Source: Gnetum montanum
Lineage: Eukaryota > Plantae > Gnetophyta
Length of the DNA: 64,000 nt
Direction of reading: 5' to 3'
Assembly (NCBI GenBank): GCA_015680685.1
Contig: MNCI01002984.1
Coordinates: forward strand, 586,248 to 650,247
Below the pieces are notes generated by a model. That model did not search any database and had not been told where the DNA came from. It saw only the letters and a list, made by a program, of their open reading frames with translations. This document shows, in pieces, positions 52,536 to 63,466 of this stretch. A program made the position numbers and the translations under genes. Each line of letters begins with the position of its first letter. The first letter of the stretch is position 1.

Positions 52536-55500
52536 CTTGTGGATAGTTGAACTTAGAAGGGGGGATGAATAAGTTTCCTAAATCAAAACTTAATTGAACA
52601 AAGCACACACACACAAATTTACATGGTTTCCCAACTTGGGTACTCTACACTCAAAGGGTAGATCACAAGCAAACCTCCAAACTTTGTTACTCTAAAATTA
52701 TGGTTGAAGGGTCCACATCCTATACAGTTGTCAAGCCACTCTAGAGTGTTGTTTCACAGCACTAATCACTCAACCCCACAGGGTCTTGTCAGGCTTGAAA
52801 ATGTGGTTTCAAGGTTTCCACAACCTTTAAAATCTTGATCTCCACACCAAAGTGTTGTACCATAGCACCAACTCTATGATATTAGAGCCGCAATATCACA
52901 TATCTGATATTAGAGTCGCAATATTGCATATCTGATACCGGATGACATGCTACGTTATCAGAGAAACAATTATGAATAGTGTAGAGTTCTTCCTTTATTT
53001 GAAGAAAATAAAAGGCAACAATCACAATAAAGAAACAATGTATTATAAAATTAATTAACTCTACAAATTGAAACAACAAAGACAACAAGAAAAAACAGAC
53101 AAAAATTTACATGAAAAATCCCAAAGTAGGAAAAAAACCACGGGAACTAGTGCAAAGTTCTTCCGGAGAAAATACCCCATGAAAACAAGCTGTTCTTAAT
53201 AACTCTCACAACTTCTTGTTGTCATGACACTTTTAAGTCCTTCCTTTCATACTTTGTTGCTATTGTTGTGGTGGTGCTTAACACATCTTCCCACCCTTAA
53301 TTTATAGGAAAAAAAAACAAGTCTTTTTTCTATTACAAACTTTAGATAATTTTAGAAACTACTAATCATATCTCAAGAAGAGATTACAAGGCTGAAAGTT
53401 ATAAAAAACATAACTTAAATTGATAAAAACAAAGGAAGAGTTTTCTTCACATTAACTGACAATTAAGAATTCTCCCACTTGAAGAAAAACCTAACAAATA
53501 TTCAAGTTAGAGATGCAGTGATTCCAAGTTGCATTCTTACATCTCTGCTATTCTAAGCTATTTTGTGCAAAAAACATGCACATCCCTTGCAACCACTTTA
53601 GCTAATGCATCAGCAATATTTTTCTATGTTAGTTTTTTGCAAATTAATTAAGCCTTATTCAATAGTATCTTTAATAAAATGGTATTTAATAACAAAATGT
53701 TTTGTTTTGTCATGATAAGCTGAATTTCTTGCTAGATATTAGGCACTTTGGCTATCACAAAAAATCTGATAACTATCTTGCTTTACACCAAGAAACTATA
53801 AAAATCTTCGCAACCATAACATCTCCTTACATGCTTCTGTCAATGCCACATAATCTAATTCTGTCGTGGACAAAGTGCTCAGAGATTGAAGTTTTAACAT
53901 CCAACTTACTACAGCACCGCATAAAACAAAAGTAGCATCGCATAAAACAAAAGCATGACCTTTAGTTGAATGTTTGGTATTTAAATCAGCTACAAAATTT
54001 GCATCCACATAACAACAAATATTCAAATCATTATTTCGAAAACATAAATAGATAGATAGAGTTCACTTTAAGTATCTAAGAACACATTTCATAGCAAGTC
54101 AATAGTTTCAACCGTAATTATTGATATATCTACTAACAACACTAACTACATATGCTATATTTGGACAAGTGCATACCATAGCATACATTAAAGAGAAAAC
54201 AACAGAAGTATATTTACTTTGGCAATTTCTTTTTTTGTACAAGGATAATCTTTCTTAGATAATTGAAAATGAGAAGCCAGAGTACTAAAAGGTTCTACTT
54301 CTGACATATTAAAACATTCCAACACTTTTCCAATATACTTACTTTAACTAATCCATAATTTTTTCTACTTTCTATCTTTGCAAATATGCATTTCAAGAAT
54401 TCTTTTGGCTTGTTCCAAATCCTTCATAGCAAACTATTTACTCATCTTTATTTTAAGTTGTTTTATTTTTGATATATCTTTCCCTACAATCAACATATTA
54501 TCCACATACAATAGCAAAATTTAAAAAAAAAATTATCACTTGAGAAATTGTGCATAAAATAATCAAATTTTCTATACCACTGCATAGGAGCCTGTTTTAA
54601 ACCATATAAAATTTTCCTCAAGTGACACACATAGTGAGGTTTACTTTGATCAACAAATCCTTCTGCCTAATACATATATATTTCTTATTTAAATCACCAT
54701 GTAGAAAAGTTGTGTTAACATCTAATTGTTCTAACTCCAAATCTAAACAAGCAACCAATGAAAAAACAATCCGAATAGAAGAATGCTTAACAATGGGAGA
54801 AAAAAATTTCTATAAAATCAATTCCTAGTTTTTTATCATAACCTTTAGCTGCCAATCTAGCTTTATAAAGATTCATCCTATTTACCTCTTTCTTTAAAGT
54901 AAAAATCCATCTATTTTAAAGTGTTTTACGTCCCTTGGGTAATTTCACCAATTCCCAAGTTCTGTTCTATTGGAGTGAATTCCATTCCCTTTTCATAGCT
55001 TTCTTCCATTTTACTACATCAAGAGCTTCTTTCACCGTTTCAAGTTCACCACAATATGTATAAAAAATATAATCTTTAAATCTAGCAGGAGAATGTATTA
55101 TTTTACTCGAATGTCTTATCCCATGTGATGTATTTTTTGCAAGATTTTCCTCATTATTTTCTTTTTCCTCGTCTCCATCTGGAAATTCTAGGCTGTTTTG
55201 ATTTTGTCACTTGCTTTTGTATTATATCTTCTTTAGGCTGCAAAACAAATCTAGGAACCTACTGTGTAACATAATCAAAAACCTTTTTCTTTATAAAATC
55301 ATAAAACATTACATTTTCTTGAAATTTACATTTCATGATCATACAAATTACTTTGCCTAGGATCCCATAATTTGAAACCCAATTCATCACTACCATAACC
55401 CACAAAAATACATCTTTTTAATTTATCATCAAATTTTTATCTATTTTTCCTCTTATATATGCATGTAAGCAACACATCCAAAAACTTTCGAATGATTATA

Positions 55501-55603
55501 AAAAATGTCTCCCACTCAAAAAGACTCTTGATACTTCATTATGTAAAAAGGAATGTGTGATCTATTAATTAAATAAGCAATAGTCATAATAGCCTCAGCC
55601 CAA

Positions 55604-56062
55604 TTCTTCGGCATGTTCACCTCCAAATTATATCTAAAGCCCCAAAATTCAAGATGAATGCTAACCAATTGTTTTTCTTATTGCAGCCATGGAGTCATAT
55701 CAGAGATCCAAATATTCACCATCATCAAGCCTCGCTTCAGAAGAAAGTCTCCTAATTAAGCCACAGTTTTCTACACCATTTGGCCTTTTTCCTTTTTCTT
55801 CCACCTTTGTTCTTATTCGACAATCCACATCCTGGAAAAGATACACACATTTCAGCGAATGGTTGATCTTTGGAATGCATTTCCACACCCTGTGGAATGC
55901 TAAGTTTAACATGTTTCCTATATAATAGTCTCAGTCAACACGGTTTCTCTTCCTCCTTTCCTCAATCTATATGTCTTGAAGTAGCTTATGTACTAAATTT
56001 TGTTTTCTATTAATAAAATTCTCTTTTTGGGGTCCGGCGCCCCCACCACACCCCCCCCCAAT
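55604..56062 (+). mobile_element. 459-bp insertion with 15-bp TSD, probably a 5'-truncated LINE or retroposed fragment
   Basis: ATAGCCTCAGCCCAA at 55589-55603 and 56063-56077 duplicates integrase sequence. AATAAA and a GGGG...CCCC hairpin lie near the 3' end. Confidence 0.75.
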
Positions 56063-57041
56063 ATAGCCTCAGCCCAAAAACTTTTAGGCAAACCTTCACC
56101 ACAATCATAAATCTTGCATGTTCAACCAACGTTCTATTGCATCTTTTGGCTACTCCATTTTCTTGTGGAGTTCCACGACAAAGACGAATATGGTGAATTC
56201 CTTTTTCTCTACAAAACTCACTGAATGCATTGACATATATTCACCACCATTATCAATAAGCAAACATTTCAACTTTAAACCTATTTCTGTCTCTATTTTA
56301 GAGAGAGAGGACTTAAAAATATTTAAAACATCTTTGAACTTTATTGGAAATACCCATGTTTTCCGTGTATGATCATCAATGAAAGTAACAAAATACAGTG
56401 TGAACCACTTAATGATGTTGGATTTATTGGACCACAAACATCAAAATAAACAAACTCCAAATTATTAGCTCATCTACATCCCATATTTTTAAGAAAATGC
56501 ACCCTTTTTTGATTTACCAACAACACAATCTTTGCAAAATTCTGTGTAGCTTACCACAAATTTGGAAATGCAAGAATGGGATTAAAGTACCTTAAAATTA
56601 AAGTAACTAATATGATCCAATTGTTTATGCCATAAATCTGTATCCTTCATAGCAACTATAGCTACAAATCTGTATCCTTCATAACAACTATAGCTACGAA
56701 TCATCCTACAAACATATATTAGCTCCTAAAGTATACATTGTGCCAATCTTTTTACCCTTCAAAATTGTTATAATGCCCTTGATAATTTTCCACTTATTAT
56801 TTCCATATGAAAAATTTATACCCAAATCATCAAGTTGAGAAACAAAAATAAGCTTTTTAGAAACTTCAAGAACATGCCTAGAGTGATTTTAGATGAACCA
56901 AACTGTTGTAAAATAACACTTCTTATACCAGCAATTTTAAAGAAACACCATTAACAACATAAACAACTCCTAATGAAACTAGCTGATATGAAGTAAAAAT
57001 AAATCGATCAGGACAAGTATGAAATGAGGCTCCTATGTCTA

Positions 57042-57140
57042 CAATCCAAACATCTTTTGTTGTGTTTAAAGAAAATATCGTGGATGATTCAATCCAAACA
57101 TCTTTTGTTGTGTTTAAAGAAAATATTGTGGATGATTCAA
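57042..57140. repeat. 48-bp in-frame tandem duplication in element G
   Basis: ESSTIFSLNTTKDVWI appears twice in ORF 56923-57309. Confidence 0.92.
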
Positions 57141-59601
57141 ATACAATAAAATCAAAAGCAAGCTCACCCTCTGTATGATTTATTTGTAGACGTGCATTAC
57201 TTTCTAATTTTTCTAACTCTATTTTTTTCTTTTGATGCCATGATGCTTTTACAGTTTGTAACCACATCAACCCCTCTTCATGTGACCAATTTTGTGGCAA
57301 AACCAACATTCAATTCTACTTTTATAAGTTCCTTTACTTTTATTTCTTTCCGTGCTTTGATCATGTTTATTAAATCTACCTTTATTTGAAACACTAAAGG
57401 CATTACCTAATGATTGGCCTTATCATCCTAAAGAGTAGAAACTACACCATCAAAAGAAATATTACTAGTACTCATAGAGGTAGTAATAGTTGTAATAATT
57501 GGATTCCAAAATTCAAGTAAAGAATTCAAAACAACATAACACTTCACTAGATCTGGAATTATCACTTTATATTCTTCGAATTTAACAAAAACAATTATCA
57601 TATCATGCACATGATCTTGCAAAGAAACACCTTTTTCATCTTTGCATTAAAAACCCTTTGATAAATATGAAACTTATTAAAACCTAAAGCTTTATCAAAC
57701 CAGTTTTTCAACTTTACCGAAGAACATATGGGTCTATTTCATTAGAAAAAGATACCAAAATTCCATTGCTCAAACAAGGATGGATCAACATTAGTGCTTT
57801 TGGTTGCAACTTTTTTCAATCATCATCTATCATCTTTGTAGGTTTTGAAGGTTGAAGAGCCTCATTGCACTCTTGTGCCAAGATATCTTTCATCAACACA
57901 CTTACATATGTTCAAATTCTACCCAACAAGCCCATTTGTTGTCTGTAACCACTCCATCAACCCACTCCAATACCACTTGTTACAAAATTAATTAAATTTG
58001 CACATTGAAACAACAAAGGCAATAAGAAAAAACACAAAAATTTACATACAAAACCCCAAAGTGGGAAAAAAAAAACCATTGGAACCAATGCAAAGGTCTT
58101 TATTTGAAGAAAATATCCCAAAGGCACAAGCCATTGTTAATAACTCTCAGAGCTTCTTCTTGTCACAACACGTAAATCATTTTTTTCACACTATTGTTGT
58201 TGTGGTGGTGTTGAACACATCTTTCCACCCTTAATTTATAGGAGAAAACAACAATTTTTTTTAATTACAAACTTTAAATAATTTTAGAAACTACTAATCA
58301 TATCTCAAAAAGAGATTACAAAATTAGAAGTTATGAAAGACAAAACTTAAATTGATAAAAACAGAGGAAGAGTTTTCTTCACATTAAATGATAGTTTAAT
58401 AGTTTAATTTTTCACATTAACTAACACTTAACACAAGGTTCTACCTCTTATCTCCCTAATTTGCTAAACATTATTAAACTTTTGGTTATTTTCTTAGCAA
58501 ACAAGGAGCAACCAACTCGAGAGACCTATCCAACTCATCGAACGAACACCAATCTTCCTAAAAAGTGGAAGGCAAATGAACCTCAAGCCTTGATCAGCAA
58601 ATATCTTAAATACACCGTAATTGTCGGGGTAAATGCAATTTCGCTGGTGTATGCCTGATGAGATGACAACTCTAAAAAGTTGAGTGCCTTGCCTAGTTAT
58701 CATTATCATATGATTCCTATGGTATGGCCTTGAAATCTTGCTGGGCAGAGTATAATTGCTGCCCGGCTGATTCAACGGCTCGTCTTTCGTTTTCAGGCAG
58801 CTGTAGCGCTAAGCTCCTATGGGCATGGGAATTATCCAAATACAAACCTGGAAAAGGAAAAAAAAAAAAAAAGACCCCTCCACCCGACGCCCGACTACTA
58901 TCTCCTTTCATCGAACTATAACTATAAATCATTGCAGTGTACGTTGTTGTCTGCATAAAAAAACTGCCAAGTACATGGTGCACATTCAACACAGAAAGTG
59001 CAAATAATCTAATAGATCTTTTAAAGAATTAGATGCATGTAAATGAAAAATTGGTAGTTTAATATAATATCACTTAAATGAAAACTACTACTGGAAGCGG
59101 TTTTGCTCACCTACCAAACCTCCCAAGACCCAGACGAACACTGTCAACCCTCCCCGGACCCCAGAAGACCAAGACCAAGGTCGCTCCAGGTGATGATCCT
59201 TATTTCTACCTTAAATGAGCAATCTTGGTGATGATCCTTATTTTCACCTAAAGTGCAGTCTTGATTGCATATGGTCCCGATGACAATATAAATGGAATTT
59301 AAATGTAATACTGCGTACATTACAGCTCTTGATATCTTATGCGATTTAGATACTTTCTTCTACATAAAACAATTTGTACTCGAGTACTATTGAAAATAAA
59401 TAAAAATTGGCAGCAGCATTTACTCCATTATTCATTTTGCTAAAAATTGACACTCCCATGAAATTATAACATATCTTTCAGCATTTGTCCATTTTCATGT
59501 CAGATACTCAATTTCAGATTCCGCCTAGTCACACTACGAAATCATAAAAACCAAGAATACTTCTTCCATTGTAGAACAGTTCAGCGAATCTGGATTTTCC
59601 T

Positions 59602-59660
59602 TCAAGGATTAGTCACGGTCCGTCCTTTGTACAGACATATGTACGCCATATGCCAATCTC
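59602..59660 (-). CDS. UBP6: UBP6/7 last coding exon ([18 protein letters not shown])
   Basis: tag acceptor; TGA stop at 59604-59602. Confidence 0.95.
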
Positions 59661-62600
59661 CTAAGAAATACATAAAAGGTAATGAACAAAATGATCCAGA
59701 TGGAATTTGTCAAGTTACAAATAAACTACATCTTATACTGTACCTCCGCCAGAAAGCCTTGTGATATCTTCTTCCCTCTGCTGAATAGGATTCTCATCAT
59801 CATATTCTATCCATTTCCCTGCATAATACGAAATACAACAAATCAATGGCCGAGCTAAAGATCAGATTTCCACTGCGCAGTTGGATCCAATGGTAACTGT
59901 CAAACAAGGAAGCAGGTACGTTTTTAATAGGTGAGAGAACATCGTTGATACGGCCATTGCTCACCATTTTCTTGCTTGACCCATGCAACGTAGTGGCCTG
60001 AATCAGCGCTGCGACCTTTATGCGTAAGCACCGCAACCAAATCATACACCCCAGTTAAATATTCTTGTTTCTGACCATCTTGACCTGCTGTGTCAGAAAA
60101 TTGACAAAAATCACACCTACATAATAAAAGAGGCTTAGGAAATGCATAATGGTATTCTATCGATCAAAACGATACTCGCTTCTCCACAACAATAGCATTG
60201 ACCCAAAAACTTTGTTGAATAGGAAATAATACAAGTGAAAAAGGAAAACAAAATAACACAGTTACTTCCAGTGTTGCAGATAAAATGATTCTATGCAGGG
60301 TTAATGCTATGGTAAATTCTGCATGGTAATTAGTCACGGAAAGGTCACTAGCAAAAAGTAACGGATCTTTTACAAGTCTTTATAATGATAGTATATTAGA
60401 ATCAATCATTTCAAGTGATAGTAAGGCTCTTATTTAGGTTTAAAGCCTTGACACAACCACTTAAAAAAGAGTTTAGACTTTCACTCATTCACTGACCTTC
60501 CCCTGCAAGATGAGCATTCCGGGTGATACCTTTTTTGAAAATATTTCATGGAAGATGGTAAGTTATAGTCTAAATTTTATACTAGATTGAACAACATTAG
60601 TTTGTTTTCAACATAAACCAGTGTCAGAAGACACACATAAAATGCCGAGATGAACTAGCTTCTATAATCTATATGATTTTGAACGTTAAGAGAGCAACAT
60701 TCATTATTTCATATTAACTATCGCTTATAAAGACAAGAATGAAGAACTTGATTTCTACGTATAAATAAGAAATTTCAGAGAAGTACACAAAAACTCAAGG
60801 ACAAAACTTGCATACCCAAAGAAGAGTTACCACCAGCAGAAGAATCAACGTTTGTCAATGACACCTGAAATGTTCACCAGACAGTGACAGTATTAGATGA
60901 GAGAAAATGGAAAAATATGATAAAATGCTCAAACAGAGCTTCCAAGTATAGAGAGCATTTTAAACCAGATGTAATTTTCTTAAAAAGCAACAACATTTTT
61001 CAAAAAAGAGTTCACAGTAAACAGTTACGTGATTGATAGGCAGAGGCCTCTTAAAAAATTAAGAAACCAACACAAGAGACTTAATTTTTGAATATATATA
61101 ATACCGCATGATATGTAAACCACATGTCATAAGTTCAACTCTAATGGACAACACTGAGTTATGTATAAATTTCTGTAAAATGGAATTTCCAATAGATCCA
61201 CAGGGTCCCAGTGAACTTACTTAAAATACATTCAGTTTCATAATACACAATGCAAAAACACTTTTAAAGATAACTCTAATCAAAAGAATAGTGTAACTTT
61301 GTTGTTAAACTGGAATATACAATTTAATTAAAAGCTCTATGCAAATATGTGGGGCCATCCAGTCAGGTATACGTGCACATGCAGGTGTGTGACACTTATT
61401 GACGCATACGTAATTCATGAATCGGCTACTGAATGTCTAAATTAGATGCTACTCGATTCAAGGTAAGCCAAAAGGTCTTTCAAGAAGAAACAAAAGAAAG
61501 ACAATTACCTCTGCACTTTTAGTTTCTGTGGTGTTATTGCTTTTAAGTCCAAGTTTCTCATTCTCTTTGGTCCTAAGAACCTGTTCAAAGGTTGGGTTTG
61601 CAGTTAATGATTGCATAGGAGCAACAACAAATATGGTCGCAATACTACAACTTGATGGTTGTCTTAAAAAGGTTACAATTGTGAATATATACATACCTGT
61701 CTTGGTTCTTTTAACTTCTCACGAAGGTCATCAGAGCAGAACTCTAAGACATCCAACTCCAAAGGGTAATCAACTTTCTATGTTCAAACGAAAGGAAAGT
61801 GAATGTCAATTGAAGGCATCAACCATATGGGAAGGGAGACTGATCTTTTTGAAAAAAAAATGACACTCACCCTCAAAATTTTTGCTTTTTGATTTGATTC
61901 TCTTTTCCAAAAGAAGCGTACAAATTGTACTGTTAAATACCTGCCCAATGGATTACAGAATTGGCCATGTCCCATTTGAAATAAGTAATAGACACATCAA
62001 ATTCCAAAAAATGCTAATTACCGAGGAAGTGTGTTAATACGGGATTCTTTCAGATAGACTGCGCTTCTACCCAATGAAGGAGATACCTTTTCCAGTTCAG
62101 ATCGCAAGCCCTACAAAACATAACAAAAAGTTACGAGTTTTAACTTACATGATTTCCTAAAACATTAAGCACCAATGCTAGAACCAGAGAATGACAAAAA
62201 CTTGTCCATTTCTATTAGCAACAATGAAAATTTTCTAGCGTTGAACTAGAAAAAACTCACAATTCTAAAAATGATTGTTGTAATGACCAAAACGTGACAA
62301 AGGATATTCTTGTATCTTAAAAAGTCATGTCTGACTGTATTAACCAGGTAACGAATATATATATTTTAAAGGACAAAATCATACAAAAACAAATATTTAG
62401 TGTTGTTACAATATCTACTTCCTTGTTCCTGAGCTATAACTTTTTATGCTTGGCATTGGTAAGAAATTAATTCCACCAGTCAGAGAGCACAAAAAGTCTG
62501 CCTATCAAAAATGATAGATAGCAAAACTGCTATAGAAACTAGATAATCCAAATGCCGGAGCACAACAGCATACTCATTACTTTAAAGTTCAGGACTAATT

Positions 62601-63304
62601 TACAATACTTGATGACATCCAGGCAAAAGATCAGTTAATCCTTCTAAGAAATTAAATATTTAAATTAGTTGGGAGTTTATTAACGAGCTAAACCATTAAA
62701 TTATTTGGGATTATTAGAATTTTATAGTTCTGTATTAAGATGTTCTTCAGTGCTTTCATATTTCAATTAATTTTAAAAATCAAACTGATTGTTAAGTCTT
62801 TAGAAAATAAATAAACAAAACAAATATGTCGGTGATGCATTGCTCACTTGGTTAGAGCATGCAGTTTGTGGTTTACAAGTCACAGGCTCGATTCCAAGGG
62901 GTATACTAAGACATATGCCACATAGGAGCATCGTAGAAATATACTGTTCAGGAACTTATGGTATCAGGCAGAAAGCCAGTCATAGTATGTCAGGAACTAT
63001 GGTATCAGGCAGAAAGCCAGTCATAGTATGTCAGGAACTATGGTATCAGGCAGAAAGCCAGTCATAGTATGTCATTGTCAAATCCTTTGCCTACCTCAGC
63101 CCATTATAGATGGGATAAAGACACCAAGATGATGATAAGATAACCAAAATAAATACATATAATAGACATTCATTTTTCTGGGTAAGAAAGATTACATGTT
63201 TAAGACCTTCATGCAAATGATTGACCTCCTGAGATATGTGACATTTCAATGAGTACACAGATTCTGTCTCTGAACTTTCCTCACCACTTTCAGAACATCG
63301 CATC
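59602..63304 (-). CDS. UBP6: Ubiquitin carboxyl-terminal hydrolase 6/7 (USP14 family), 3' part; 5' exons lie beyond the window
   Basis: GT-AG exons 63196-63304, 62022-62110, 61871-61940, 61697-61777, 61509-61580, 60816-60864, 60497-60529 (tentative), 59965-60087, 59744-59818 and 59602-59660 join in frame: [91 protein letters not shown]. Confidence 0.96.
59744..59818 (-). CDS. UBP6: UBP6/7 exon (KWIEYDDENPIQQREEDITRLSGG)
   Basis: cag acceptor, gtacag donor; catalytic Asp motif. Confidence 0.95.
59965..60087 (-). CDS. UBP6: UBP6/7 His-box exon ([27 protein letters not shown])
   Basis: USP His-box; cagcag acceptor, gtgagc donor. Confidence 0.95.
60497..60529 (-). CDS. UBP6: Tentative 33-nt UBP6/7 microexon (GITRNAHLAGE)
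   Basis: Good donor AAG|gtcagt, weak aag acceptor, frame-preserving. Confidence 0.45.
60816..60864 (-). CDS. UBP6: UBP6/7 linker exon (VSLTNVDSSAGGNSSL)
   Basis: ttcag acceptor, gtatgc donor; supplies the phase 0-to-1 change the downstream exons need. Confidence 0.8.
61509..61580 (-). CDS. UBP6: UBP6/7 exon (VLRTKENEKLGLKSNNTTETKSAE)
   Basis: cag acceptor, gtaatt donor. Confidence 0.9.
61697..61777 (-). CDS. UBP6: UBP6/7 exon (KVDYPLELDVLEFCSDDLREKLKEPRQ)
   Basis: tag acceptor, gtatgt donor. Confidence 0.94.
61871..61940 (-). CDS. UBP6: UBP6/7 exon ([23 protein letters not shown])
   Basis: cag acceptor, gtgagt donor; strongly conserved peptide. Confidence 0.95.
62022..62110 (-). CDS. UBP6: UBP6/7 exon (GLRSELEKVSPSLGRSAVYLKESRINTLPR)
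   Basis: tag acceptor, gtaatt donor; phase consistent with neighbours. Confidence 0.94.
62830..62905 (+). mobile_element. tRNA-derived SINE-like head in a UBP6 intron
   Basis: Box A-like TGCTCACTTGGTTAGAGC at 62841 and box B-like GGCTCGATTCC at 62885, at tRNA-like spacing. Confidence 0.55.
62948..63074. repeat. 41-bp tandem repeat, three copies
   Basis: tcaggaactatggtatcaggcagaaagccagtcatagtatg, three near-identical copies. Confidence 0.95.
63196..63304 (-). CDS. UBP6: UBP6/7 exon ([36 protein letters not shown])
   Basis: cag acceptor, gtaatc donor; recognisable plant UBP6 peptide. Confidence 0.94.
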
Positions 63305-63312
63305 CTGTATTT

Positions 63313-63466
63313 TAAAATGTCAAATATTATCAATTCTGAAGTCTGATTAATCAAAAACTTATAACTATAAATTATTTTAGGCAGCACCATAAAATATCAA
63401 ATATTATCAATTCTGAAGTCTGATTAATCAAAAACTTATAACTATAAATTATTTTAGGCAGCACCA
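63313..63466. repeat. 77-bp tandem duplication at an intron 3' end
   Basis: Two copies differing at one position. Confidence 0.95.

Larger units (their letters stand above)
47551..52874 (-). mobile_element. Element F: gag-only SIRE-like Copia with truncated 5' LTR
   Basis: 3' LTR 47551-~48793, PPT ~48795-48808, an extra PPT-like AAAAAGGGGGAGAG at ~48865, perfect PBS TGGTATCAGAGCC at 52523-52535, 5' LTR fragment 52538-~52874. gag is homologous to that of E; no pol recognised. Confidence 0.88.
53560..57900 (-). pseudogene. gag-pol of element G
   Basis: PR WIVDIGASFH, INT YFVTFIDDHTRKTWV and DNGGEY, RT LLYVDNMLIVG, RNase H YVDANFVADLNTKHSTKG. Confidence 0.92.
53041..58433 (-). mobile_element. 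Element G: full-length decayed Ty1/Copia (Tnt1/Tork-like)
   Basis: LTRs 53041-~53468 and 57978-58433; TSD CAATG/CAAGG; decayed Met PBS 57964-57975; PPT AAGTGGGAGAAT; gag-PR-INT-RT-RH order. Confidence 0.92.

Noticed and set aside
59188-59262. Twin GTGATGA motifs as C/D-box snoRNAs
   Set aside because: No matching CTGA box D or terminal stem; explained by a ~39-bp tandem duplication.
62830-62905. Functional tRNA gene
   Set aside because: Acceptor and anticodon stems do not pair convincingly; treated as SINE-like.
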